Virus record (IMG/VR): IMGVR_UViG_3300028603_000021
Span: 126,019-190,018 of that record
Reading direction: 5' to 3' (one strand)
DNA: 64,000 nucleotides
Origin: a virus
Lineage: Duplodnaviria; Caudoviricetes
In this document: in pieces, positions 20,099 to 28,652 of the stretch
How the letters are laid out: the number at the start of each line of letters is the position of its first letter
Position numbering within the stretch: position 1 is the stretch's first letter
Notes under the pieces: model-generated
Told to the model about the DNA's origin: nothing
Databases searched by the model: none
Seen by the model: only the letters and a program-made list of their open reading frames with translations
Translations under genes and position numbers: made by a program

Positions 20099-21825
20099 TA
20101 TGCTGTCCTCGGGATAGTAAGAGCAAGCCATTCGCTGAACCCAGCAACAGTCACCCTGAGGACATCGTTCGCGTTAAAAGTCTGAGAACCAGTTACGTTG
20201 GCTCCGAATGCACCGTCTAGGTTGTTCATACGGGCATAAGTTAACGTAGGTGTGCCAGAAGCAACACGATACCACGCACTACTCAGATCCAGCGTAACAG
20301 AGTAAGGGAAGACGATGTAATAGTTACCGTTTCCACTTGGGTTCAGGTAGAAAGCTTCGTACTGGTTGGGTCTAGCATCAGCCACAGCTGCTACCCACGT
20401 AGACCCCCCGTTAGTTGTAACGAGAGTAACGATGCTTGTGCTGTTAGCTGTGGTGTTAACCGCTCCGGTGCCGCCGTTAAGGTGTGTGGTATTTCCTGGA
20501 TATGTCAGGCTGTAGCCACCAGTGCTGTTCTGCGTTAGTGACATAGTAACTATGACAAACCCAGTTGAGGGGACGTTAGTCATAGACAGAGTAGTATTTC
20601 CCGTCAGCGTACCATATGCATTTACTGATTTATTACTGGTTAGATCCACAACCTTTGTTCCGCTGGTGTTGCCTAGATTTATCTCGTAGATGCTGGCTCC
20701 ACCACCGCCACCGACCGGGAGATTATCTGTGTAGAATTTGCGGTTAACAAGGTCGGTATCGTCGCCGCTAGCTGGGGTGGGAGCACGCAGTGCGACTGGA
20801 GATACGATAGCAGAAGACGATTTTAATGCTAATGGAACTGCTGAGTCACCGATATCAATGGTGTTAGACGGATTCATGTTAACCGCAGCGCGACTAGTTC
20901 CACCGGTTTCCTTAACGTAGTAAGGGGCGTTGTTGACAATACTTATAGGCGCAGTAAAGTTTGCACCGTTAAGCCCAGCTTTATTACTAAGCTCACCGGC
21001 CAGTCCTGTGATAGCACTTATAGGGTGAACGTGGTTAGCGTCTGAAGGAAATGTGGCTGGTTTATTGGTGACGTTACCCCAGGTTACGCTGTCGGCTAAC
21101 GCAGCTCTGTCGATGATGCCATCACCGTCGCTGTCGTATGTGGCTTTGAACATGTCGCCACCACCAGGAGCGTTTCCTGGTTGCCACTTACCAAGGCTGT
21201 TGTTAAACATAAGTACTTGGCCGTTTGTGGGGGTGCCATACGTATCGGAGAGCTGAGCTAGGGTGTTAGGCGTAGCCGCCCACTTCTGGTCAGAAGTACG
21301 GAAGGTCAGGGAATACCCGTCAGCGACGCCAGCTGTGTCTACGTCGGAGTTAGCTCCCAACCTTTGCCCTTGGAGTTCGTTGACAAGTATTGCATCTGCT
21401 GTTGACGTAGCAACGAACACGACTCTAGTTACAGTCCCTGGTGTAGTTCCGAGACTACCGTCATCTTGCAGGTAGTAGGAGGCACCCGGTGTCAAGCCAC
21501 TGAGAGTTATGACACTTCCAGTATATGCCATAACAAACGAGTTGGGTGTAGGAACTTCAGTTACGATACCTAGTATGACTGAGCTCTCTGTGGTTTGCGC
21601 TGTAGATTTAACATAACTGATGCCGTTGTGTCTTACTACTGTGCCGGGGGTGAATCCGTGAGCATTCTGAACTACTGTATCTGTAGAGCCAGAACCCACA
21701 CCAAGGCTTTCGAGCCCGTTTACAAAGTTCCTTACAAACTCAAAGTTATCGTTTATCTTCACACGACCCGCATCTAACAGGTCGTTGACCTCTACAATTT
21801 TGATATCAGTTGGATTGATCGGCAT
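20098..21825 (-). CDS. Tail fiber protein
   Basis: DAGRVKINDNF N-terminus, GDMFKATYDSDGDG, HVHPISAITGL; G/T/S-rich. Confidence 0.75.
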   Translation of the reverse strand: MPINPTDIKIVEVNDLLDAGRVKINDNFEFVRNFVNGLESLGVGSGSTDTVVQNAHGFTPGTVVRHNGISYVKSTAQTTESSVILGIVTEVPTPNSFVMAYTGSVITLSGLTPGASYYLQDDGSLGTTPGTVTRVVFVATSTADAILVNELQGQRLGANSDVDTAGVADGYSLTFRTSDQKWAATPNTLAQLSDTYGTPTNGQVLMFNNSLGKWQPGNAPGGGDMFKATYDSDGDGIIDRAALADSVTWGNVTNKPATFPSDANHVHPISAITGLAGELSNKAGLNGANFTAPISIVNNAPYYVKETGGTSRAAVNMNPSNTIDIGDSAVPLALKSSSAIVSPVALRAPTPASGDDTDLVNRKFYTDNLPVGGGGGASIYEINLGNTSGTKVVDLTSNKSVNAYGTLTGNTTLSMTNVPSTGFVIVTMSLTQNSTGGYSLTYPGNTTHLNGGTGAVNTTANSTSIVTLVTTNGGSTWVAAVADARPNQYEAFYLNPSGNGNYYIVFPYSVTLDLSSAWYRVASGTPTLTYARMNNLDGAFGANVTGSQTFNANDVLRVTVAGFSEWLALTIPRTA

Positions 21826-21847
21826 TTTATTCTCCCATTAATTATTA

Positions 21848-22183
21848 TCAGTACCCGAACTCTATCGGAGTACCAAACCTAACCACATAGTCGCCCCATG
21901 TGACTGAACCTTCTTCTGGATTTGTAACATAAAACAACCTAGTGCTCTTATCTTTCTTAGAATAGAAGAACTGGTTGAACACATACGGATAGTATTCTGT
22001 GGGTTCGTAAACCATAGTGCCGCTAGGGTATGACGACAGGCCATCTGGTGAATGAAACACTTTATATTTGTTAGCATCAAAGTCTATCTCTACGAACTTA
22101 GGGAACATCCCGTTAGTAGCTACACTGAGTGTCAGCTCAACCTTACGCAACTTTATTCTTATGCCTTCGTTCTCTTTATCCAC
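21848..22183 (-). CDS. Hypothetical protein (leaderless)
   Basis: TG-G-TAGAAT 6 nt upstream of the GTG. Confidence 0.55.
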   Translation of the reverse strand: MDKENEGIRIKLRKVELTLSVATNGMFPKFVEIDFDANKYKVFHSPDGLSSYPSGTMVYEPTEYYPYVFNQFFYSKKDKSTRLFYVTNPEEGSVTWGDYVVRFGTPIEFGY

Positions 22184-22244
22184 AGACGTATTCTACCACA
22201 AACGTGAGGAAATAAAACCGAGCGATATATGGTAAACTAAGTGC

Positions 22245-22433
22245 ATGGTTGAGATCAAAACATTGTCATTCACAACACTACGCGCCTTAGACATCTGGAC
22301 TAGATCGAACTACCCGTTTGTCAAGGTCATGTCGATCTCTGCATACGGTGACCCGGTTGCTTACGACGAGGGGTGGGTACTGACCTTACCTAAGGTAACG
22401 GTGACTTACATAGAATTTCCGAGACCCGTTTAG
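22245..22433 (+). CDS. Small hypothetical protein (leaderless)
   Basis: TG-G-TAAACT 6 nt upstream of the ATG. Confidence 0.5.
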   Translation: MVEIKTLSFTTLRALDIWTRSNYPFVKVMSISAYGDPVAYDEGWVLTLPKVTVTYIEFPRPV

Positions 22434-22753
22434 TACTCTTCGCTTTCATACCTGGCTAGCTTTTCCCTCAGCCTAGCGACCTCTTCTTGTAGTGCATCTA
22501 TCCTAGCACGAAGCTCACGGTTATCACCAGCCAGCTGGTAGTTCAGATCCCTCAGGTCTGAGTTAGCCTGTCTCAGCTCGCTCAAGCTTCCACGGACTTC
22601 CGAGAGCTGTGAATCAAATCCTTCTCTTTCTACTATCTTAAGCTTTGTAGCATCAGAACTTTTAGATATAAACAAGGACACAATGTGCGCAACGAGCGCC
22701 ACACCACCCCCTATCAACGCCACCATAACTGCATCAGTTAAGAGTGTATCCAT
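22430..22753 (-). CDS. Single-TM coiled-coil protein (possible lysis accessory/holin-like)
   Basis: N-terminal hydrophobic helix, then heptad repeats; AAGGAG RBS. Confidence 0.45.
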   Translation of the reverse strand: MDTLLTDAVMVALIGGGVALVAHIVSLFISKSSDATKLKIVEREGFDSQLSEVRGSLSELRQANSDLRDLNYQLAGDNRELRARIDALQEEVARLREKLARYESEEY

Positions 22754-23158
22754 CTTTTACTTACTCCTTGGGTCGTTGCTGATCCCCAGCTGGGTTAAGA
22801 ATCATCGTTAACCAGCATATCTCCAGACACGTAAACCCCCGTGTATCCGTGCAACTTAAAATCCCACACGAGGGCTGCTATACTAACATAGACCTTGTTG
22901 TAGTCTATACCAAGGGCAGGGATATAGGGCTTGGCTATGAAGCCATACCGGGTTACCTGTATAGCAAGCTCAAAGCTCCTCACTGCTTACCGTGCTTGTA
23001 GAGTGCGTATAAGCTGCAACTGTCACGATTCATACAAACCACCCGATACAGAAAAGAGTCCTTAGGATATCAATCCTACCATCGTGTATTTTAGCACTAA
23101 CGGCTAGGAGGTATCAACCCTAGAGTGCTCTCATTTTCCTCACGTGAACTACCGCCCC

Positions 23159-24283
23159 CTAAAGCGGGGCAGCTTCTCGCTTCACTGAAAGGTGCGAGTT
23201 TTGGATGCCCGAAAGCACCCCGAACACGTCTGACCCCTTCTCCACGTCGGCCAGTTCCTGACCGAAGACAATCATATTACGTGCTGCGTGGGTATCTCTG
23301 TCCAAAGAATACCCACAGTCGCAGGTATACACCCGCGTTGCTAGAGAATGCTTGTTTAGGCACCCGCAATGTGGACATAGCTGGGTGGTCGGCAGGCTAC
23401 GGTTCAACATTAGGTTGGCGGAGTTGTGTTGCAACTTCGCCTTTACTCTCCCTAGTATTGACCCATGAACTTGTCTGCCAAACAACCCCTTCTGCCAGTT
23501 AGTAATCATCTCGTCTTGGAATATCACGCGAGTTCTGCTTAGTGCGCGAATAACCTTATTACTAGCGTCCTCTTTACGGTTTGCCATGCGCTCGTGTTCA
23601 CGCTCTAGTTGGTGCTTGGCCTTGTACCAGTTGCTGCTGCCCCGCTGCTTGCGGCTTAATGCCTTGTTGAGACGGCGAAGCTTGGTCTGGTCTTGGCTGA
23701 AATTAACCTTAGTGCCGTCCGAAAACGTCAATGCGTCGGAGATGCCCATGTCCATACCAACCACCCCGGTAATTTGAGCTTCCTCTTCCGGCAATCTTAC
23801 GCAGACGTGCAGGTAGAAACCACTAGGCTTCCACACCAAGTCTGCCTTGCGGATATCTGGGGAGTCGGGAAGTTGACTAAGACCCCTGACCTTTAAGGGC
23901 GCACGCAGCTTCTGTAAGCGTACTCTACCGCCCGAGATATTGAACGTCTGGTTAGATAGTGGAATACTACGAAGAAACCGCTTGAACTTGAGCCTGCCCA
24001 CCCGCCTGCCCCGCTTCTTACTTACGGACAATCCTTTGAGACTATCCCACAGCTGACGGTATAGCTGCTGCTTCATCTGCGAGGACAGCTTTTGCAACCT
24101 CACAGTTTCAAATTCCTCCCCGCGCTTAACCGTGATGTCATTTGATGTGGTGTCCACCACCCTAAAATCCTCGTGAGACAACAACCAATTGTAGTACCAT
24201 TTCGCTTCTATAAACAACTGGCGAAGATACTCGTTGTGACCTTTAAGTTTTAGTCTGAACACCTTGTGTCTCACAATTGACAC
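23159..24283 (-). CDS. tnpB: RNA-guided endonuclease TnpB
   Basis: VVGMDMG (RuvC-I), LSRKQRGSSNWYKA, TTQLCPHCG..CDCG zinc ribbon, DRDTHAARN. True start is probably the GTG at 24274. Confidence 0.9.
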   Translation of the reverse strand: MSIVRHKVFRLKLKGHNEYLRQLFIEAKWYYNWLLSHEDFRVVDTTSNDITVKRGEEFETVRLQKLSSQMKQQLYRQLWDSLKGLSVSKKRGRRVGRLKFKRFLRSIPLSNQTFNISGGRVRLQKLRAPLKVRGLSQLPDSPDIRKADLVWKPSGFYLHVCVRLPEEEAQITGVVGMDMGISDALTFSDGTKVNFSQDQTKLRRLNKALSRKQRGSSNWYKAKHQLEREHERMANRKEDASNKVIRALSRTRVIFQDEMITNWQKGLFGRQVHGSILGRVKAKLQHNSANLMLNRSLPTTQLCPHCGCLNKHSLATRVYTCDCGYSLDRDTHAARNMIVFGQELADVEKGSDVFGVLSGIQNSHLSVKREAAPL

Positions 24284-24311
24284 TATATCACCATCCGTGG
24301 TATTATGTCAA
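24277..24311. promoter_or_regulatory. Overlapping divergent sigma70-like promoters of tnpA and tnpB
   Basis: Plus strand: TTGACA 24277-82, 18 nt, TATTAT 24301-06. Minus strand: TTGACA 24311-06, 18 nt, TATAGT 24287-82. Each is followed 7 nt later by an in-frame GTG. Confidence 0.7.
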
Positions 24312-24709
24312 CTGTGACCAGACTCAAGAGAAAACCACATGTTGTATATAACCTTAGCTACCACCTGGTGTGGTGCCCTAAGTATAGACGCCCCGTTCTT
24401 GTGGATGAAATTGCTACGCGGCTTGAGGAAATTCTGCTGGAAAAGGCCGAAGAGCTGGGCGTTACCGTAGAAAGTCTGTCTATCCAACCAGACCACGTAC
24501 ACCTATTTACTAGGACAGAACCGCGACACGCCCCGCAGTTTGTAGTTAACCAGCTGAAAGGAATTTCCAGCCGACGACTAAGGGAAGAATTCCCGTCTCT
24601 GAAATCAAGGCTACCCACATTGTGGACACGTAGTTACTTCGTAGATTCTGTAGGAGTGTTAAACGAATTCACCGTCAGGAAGTACATCGAGAGTCAGAGG
24701 GGGAAATAG
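24305..24709 (+). CDS. tnpA: IS200-family Y1 (HUH) transposase TnpA
   Basis: YHLVWCPKYRR, PDHVHL, LKGISSR, LWTRSYF, KYIESQ. Confidence 0.95.
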   Translation: MSTVTRLKRKPHVVYNLSYHLVWCPKYRRPVLVDEIATRLEEILLEKAEELGVTVESLSIQPDHVHLFTRTEPRHAPQFVVNQLKGISSRRLREEFPSLKSRLPTLWTRSYFVDSVGVLNEFTVRKYIESQRGK

Positions 24710-24772
24710 ACGCTCTCATCCCCCGCATAAATACGGGGGCTTTCTCGCTAAGTGTCGTAAGGGCTCTTTCAG

Positions 24773-24861
24773 GGAAAAATATTTCCTTAGGTTTTGATGA
24801 GAATTGTTAAGGAATCTTCATCCACGGAAAAATTTTTCTCGCGCTCTGGAAAAATTTTTCC
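24773..24861. repeat. Three near-palindromic GGAAAAAT(A/T)TTTC(C/T) boxes
   Basis: Copies at 24773, 24826 and 24848 in non-coding DNA at the strand switch. Confidence 0.7.
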
Positions 24862-25043
24862 AAATTCCGGAAACGGGAAAGTGCAGAAAATTCCGGTTAA
24901 AGCGCAACGAACTCAGATCAGCCGGTTACAGAGAATAGATAAGGTTAGAATAGATATAAAGATACCCACCACCTAACCGAAAAGTCACCAAACTAAACGG
25001 TGGGGCAGTTGACACGCTGGCCTCAACCGGGGTATACTAGCCC

Positions 25044-25451
25044 ATGGCTAGGAACAACGTCTTACTGTACGGTGACCGGCACTTCAAGCCGACGAAGGAG
25101 ATGGCCGCAAGGGTCGCGCAGGTTCTCAACGGCTTGTCACCCTCTTGCGTCATAACCGACTTCTCGCCCGGCTGGAATCAGTTCGTTTTAGCCCTAGCCC
25201 TAGACAACGGAATCCCCGTCGTCGGTGCTGCCCCGTTTCCGCGAGATTTCCGCGACACGGTGAAGACCAGGCTTACATCGTCTATCTTGTTTAACCAGAC
25301 ACTAGACGACTTTCTGACTAACCCGCAGACTTACTACGACTGGCTGGCAGAGAACGTAGACTCGGTGCTAGCTCACTACTCACCCGACACTCACCGCCCG
25401 ATGCTAAAATTGCATCAGAGGGTTAAGCTGTACAACTTAGGAGGCCGATGA
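25044..25451 (+). CDS. Divergent SLOG/YspA (DUF1273)-like protein
   Basis: ITDFSPGWNQFVLALALDNGIPVVGAAPF aligns with ISGMALGFDQALAAAAMNNHIPFVAAVPF of the 59669 protein; leaderless behind TTGACA-18-TATACT. Confidence 0.5.
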   Translation: MARNNVLLYGDRHFKPTKEMAARVAQVLNGLSPSCVITDFSPGWNQFVLALALDNGIPVVGAAPFPRDFRDTVKTRLTSSILFNQTLDDFLTNPQTYYDWLAENVDSVLAHYSPDTHRPMLKLHQRVKLYNLGGR

Positions 25452-25792
25452 ACGCACTGGAGCACTTGAAGCAAGAGCTAGAATCTATCTCCGCCGACGA
25501 CATAGAAAACTTCGGCGTGACACTTGCTGTCGGAAGAGCATGGTATGTACGCTTCAGATGGCTGCCAAGGTATGAGAAACCTGACACACAGCCCATACAC
25601 GACATGCTAGACAACAAACCAGAGCTGCTGCTGAACCTTATAAAGTCCACATCGTTCATGGAGTTTATAACCCGCCTACGAAGTGTTGACGACTGGATGA
25701 GGCCGCGTGGCTACGGAGTCATGGTGAGCGGGGCTAACATGTGGACTAACCTGAGACTCAGGCTACACAGCTGGACAGGCGGATTTTCTTGA
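25448..25792 (+). CDS. Hypothetical protein
   Basis: GGAGG RBS; ATGA overlap. Confidence 0.55.
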   Translation: MNALEHLKQELESISADDIENFGVTLAVGRAWYVRFRWLPRYEKPDTQPIHDMLDNKPELLLNLIKSTSFMEFITRLRSVDDWMRPRGYGVMVSGANMWTNLRLRLHSWTGGFS

Positions 25793-27159
25793 TCGACGGC
25801 GAAAAACTTGTAGCACTAGACATAGAAACATCCAACAGCCGAGGTAGCGGAGCACTAGACCCCACTGCCGAAGGGTCTGTTGTTGCGTTGATACAGCTAG
25901 CCTACGACGACGGCAGGATAGAACTCCACAGACCGACCCACGAAACTATCAGCCTGATAAAATCCCTGATAGACGAGGGGTACAGGTTCGTCATACACAA
26001 CGCGGCCTTCGAGCTTGACTGGTTCTACACCAAGTATAACCTAGTCATCCCTAAGCTGTGGTGTGCTATGATAGGTTCTCAGATACTCAACGCAGGTAAA
26101 ACAAACCTAGACCCCGCAACACTCATGTCTGGTAAGGTTGCTTCGAAGAGCTTGGCTCACTTGGGACTCTGGGAAGTACTCATAGAAGAGGATGATGACT
26201 ATCTCTCTAGCAAAACTAGAGGGCAGTTTTCGCATAACCTTCAAGCCGTCGTGTATAGGTATGCAGACAGGGCAGTGATACAGAAAGACCAAGGCACGTC
26301 GGACTGGTTGCAAGAGCCCCTTACACCAGAGCAGGTAAGATACGCCAAAGATGACGTGAGATATCTGATACAGGTAGCCAGAAACCAGTGGAAATTCTTG
26401 CAGAAGTTCGGGATGGAAGCTGTAGCAGAGCTAGAGATGGACGCGCTGGTGCCGTTTGCACTGATGCACGCTCACGGGATAAAGGTAGATGAGGACGGAT
26501 GGAGAAAAGAAGCTTACGCGCATGGGGAGATAGCTAAGCAGCTAGAGGAAGAGCTGAACCCTAAGTTCGGAGAAGAGCTTGCTCGAAGAGAGGGGCAACC
26601 CTCGCTCTTCGGGTACTATGTGCCCAAATCTTTCAGCATTTCTTCCCCCAAACAGCTGGCCAACTTTTTCGGGCTAGAAAACGCAGACGAGCGTGTCCTG
26701 AGAGAAGTTAAGCACCCACTCATACCGCAGCTGCTGAAATTCAAAGAAAGCCAGAAGATATCGAATACCTACGGAGATAAGTACCTAGCTCATATCAAGA
26801 GCGACGGTAGGATACACTCAGACCTGAGACAAGCAGCCACTACGACCGGCAGGGTTTCGTCTTCGTCTCCGAACAACCAGAACCTCCCGCCTAACATGCT
26901 GAAAACTCATATGCGTGCTGAAGAAGGTATGCTAGTGGTCTACTTTGACTACTCTTCAGTAGAGTCACGTATCCTTGCGTATGCAGCTGACGATAAGAGC
27001 ATGATTCGAAGCGTTAACTCTAGTGACGTTCACTGGGAGAACGCTAAAAAGATCTTTAAGCTACCACCTGGGGCGACCAGAGAGGGGGTGTTCAGTGTTA
27101 GTGGGAAAAGCCTCAGTGGTAATGAACTGAGGCGAATGTCGAAAGGAGTATCTTTCGGT
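25789..27159 (+). CDS. polA: DNA polymerase family A, exon 1 (3'-5' exonuclease and polymerase motif A)
   Basis: ALDIETS, HNAAFE, YAKDDV, TTTGRVSSSSPNNQN, DYSSVESRILA; ends within motif B at RRMSKGVSFG. Confidence 0.92.
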
Positions 27160-27815
27160 TAGGTAAAAATAGCCGAAGTAAAACCCGCTCAATTGCTGGG
27201 AACCCCACGTGGGCAATCAGCAGCCAGAGTTAGCCGAAAGGCTTTCAAATGGTTCAACGACTCAATCTACCCTAAACCACAGGTATGGGAAAAGATGGAT
27301 GCGAAAGCATAACACGGCGGGTGTTGAAATAAAGAGTAACTTTTGCTATAATGTTCCAATGAAAAATAAAATATGTATAGACTGTGGAACAAGTTACTCG
27401 CCTGATGGCCCAGCACAGAAATATTGCAGACCGTGCGGAATAATACGCAGAAAAAACAGAAGGTTCGAGAGTTCTCGAAGGCAAAGAGAAAAGCGCGGGG
27501 CAAAGGTTGGTGTTGGCAGTGGCGGAAACCAAGGTCGAGGTAAAACCCATCACTCTTACAAAAATGGAACTGGTTTATACAAGCCTATAGGTAAGAGAAT
27601 GGCGATGGAACTAAAACACTGTGAGAGATGTAATCGTAAACTAGACTTAAATAACAGTTTTAAATGGGTTACACATCACAGAGACCATGACCGAACAAAC
27701 AACTCAGTAGAGAACTTGGAAATACTCTGCAAAAGTTGCCACCAGAAAGAACATCAGGTTTACAAAAATTTCAACAAAGGTATAGTCTAGCCCACTAGCA
27801 ATAGTGGAACAGCTG
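27160..27815 (+). mobile_element. Group I intron (subgroup IA-like) in polA
   Basis: P1 with U-G wobble (TTCGGT|T...AGCCGAA); core elements AATTGCTGGGAA, AATCAGCAG, GTTCAACGACT, AAGGTATAGTCT; P9 CCACTA-GCAA-TAGTGG; terminal G27815. Splicing restores KGVSFG|IPYG. Confidence 0.92.
27359..27790 (+). CDS. Intron-encoded HNH homing endonuclease
   Basis: CIDCG..KYCRPC zinc finger; CERC..THHRDHDRTNNSVENLEILCKSCHQKEH; own promoter TTGAAA-17-TATAAT with the ATG 6 nt downstream; AT-rich. Confidence 0.88.
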   Translation: MKNKICIDCGTSYSPDGPAQKYCRPCGIIRRKNRRFESSRRQREKRGAKVGVGSGGNQGRGKTHHSYKNGTGLYKPIGKRMAMELKHCERCNRKLDLNNSFKWVTHHRDHDRTNNSVENLEILCKSCHQKEHQVYKNFNKGIV

Positions 27816-28544
27816 ATTCCCTACGGAATTTCTAAAGTCGGCCTTGTAAACAGAGGTTTTGCTGAAGACGAAGAAATCGGGCAAGCCCTCATAGATGCTT
27901 TCCTGGGTGAGTACACTGAGGTAGACAAGTTTCTTAAGCAGTCCATAGCAGAAGCACTGACCCGAGGGTATACACAAGACGCCTTAGGTAGGATACGGTG
28001 GTATGATATCCCGGAAAGCGGAGACCCCGAGGTTATAAAGCAAGCAAGGTCGTTTGCGGCTAGGCAGGCTCAGAACCATAAAATCCAGGCTACATCAGCC
28101 GACATAACCAAGCGAGCTATAGTTGACACACATAACTACCTGGAGGAAACAGGCAGAGGCTACTTAGTCTTGACTGTTCACGACTCCATCATAGCCGAGG
28201 TAAAGCTACAGACAGCAGGAGATACCATCAAGCATATGCTAGAGATCATGGAGTCAGCCGGGCCTAAGGTTTTCCCCGGCATCGTCACCCCAGTAGACGC
28301 TGACGTGGGGTACAAGATCACCAAGACCTGTGAGCTGACTGGTCTAGCGTTCTCAGTTTTCTCACACAGCTACAGCGACGGTGTTGTTACAGAAAACACC
28401 GACAGATACGACCCAAGAGTAGCAAGCATTGTAAAGGGCGCAGCACCGGGAGAAGAACTTACCGTACTGCACGCATTTATCACTTCTCAGGGCGAGGATT
28501 GGAAACACGCTAACCAAGACCTGGTAGACGCAGCATGGAAGTAA
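27816..28544 (+). CDS. polA: DNA polymerase family A, exon 2
   Basis: IPYG, GYTQDALGRIR, RQAQNHKIQATSADI, LTVHDSI (motif C). Confidence 0.92.
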   Translation: MPYGISKVGLVNRGFAEDEEIGQALIDAFLGEYTEVDKFLKQSIAEALTRGYTQDALGRIRWYDIPESGDPEVIKQARSFAARQAQNHKIQATSADITKRAIVDTHNYLEETGRGYLVLTVHDSIIAEVKLQTAGDTIKHMLEIMESAGPKVFPGIVTPVDADVGYKITKTCELTGLAFSVFSHSYSDGVVTENTDRYDPRVASIVKGAAPGEELTVLHAFITSQGEDWKHANQDLVDAAWK

Positions 28545-28569
28545 CTTTTCATGATAAATATTACACCCT

Positions 28570-28590
28570 AGCGCCGTAAATGGCGCTTTT
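28570..28590 (+). terminator. Intrinsic terminator after polA
   Basis: AGCGCCG-TAAA-TGGCGCT followed by a T run. Confidence 0.6.
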
Positions 28591-28652
28591 ACTGTTCTTA
28601 CTGGACAAACCTTAGTCTATGTGCTAAACTGTTGGGAATCAATAGGAGAAAA

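Larger units (their letters stand above)
23144..24756 (-). mobile_element. IS200/IS605-family insertion sequence with divergent tnpA/tnpB
   Basis: Left end: TTAC target (24760-24757), AAAG guide (24743-24740), CCCCCG..CGGGGG hairpin. Right end: GAAG guide, hairpin, terminal TCAC (23147-23144). Both guide/cleavage pairs fit the IS608 pairing rule. Confidence 0.9.

Noticed and set aside
22200-22215. GTGAGGAAA match to the predicted TnpB guide in a divergent promoter region
   Set aside because: Only 9 nt, preceded by AAAC rather than TTAC; plausibly chance.
27209-27358. N-terminal 50 aa of the tracked 193-aa ORF
   Set aside because: Overlaps the intron catalytic core; the promoter position supports a start at 27359.
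25789-28544. polA as a pseudogene or intein-split gene
   Set aside because: Group I intron hallmarks and exact restoration of motif B explain the split; no intein motifs.
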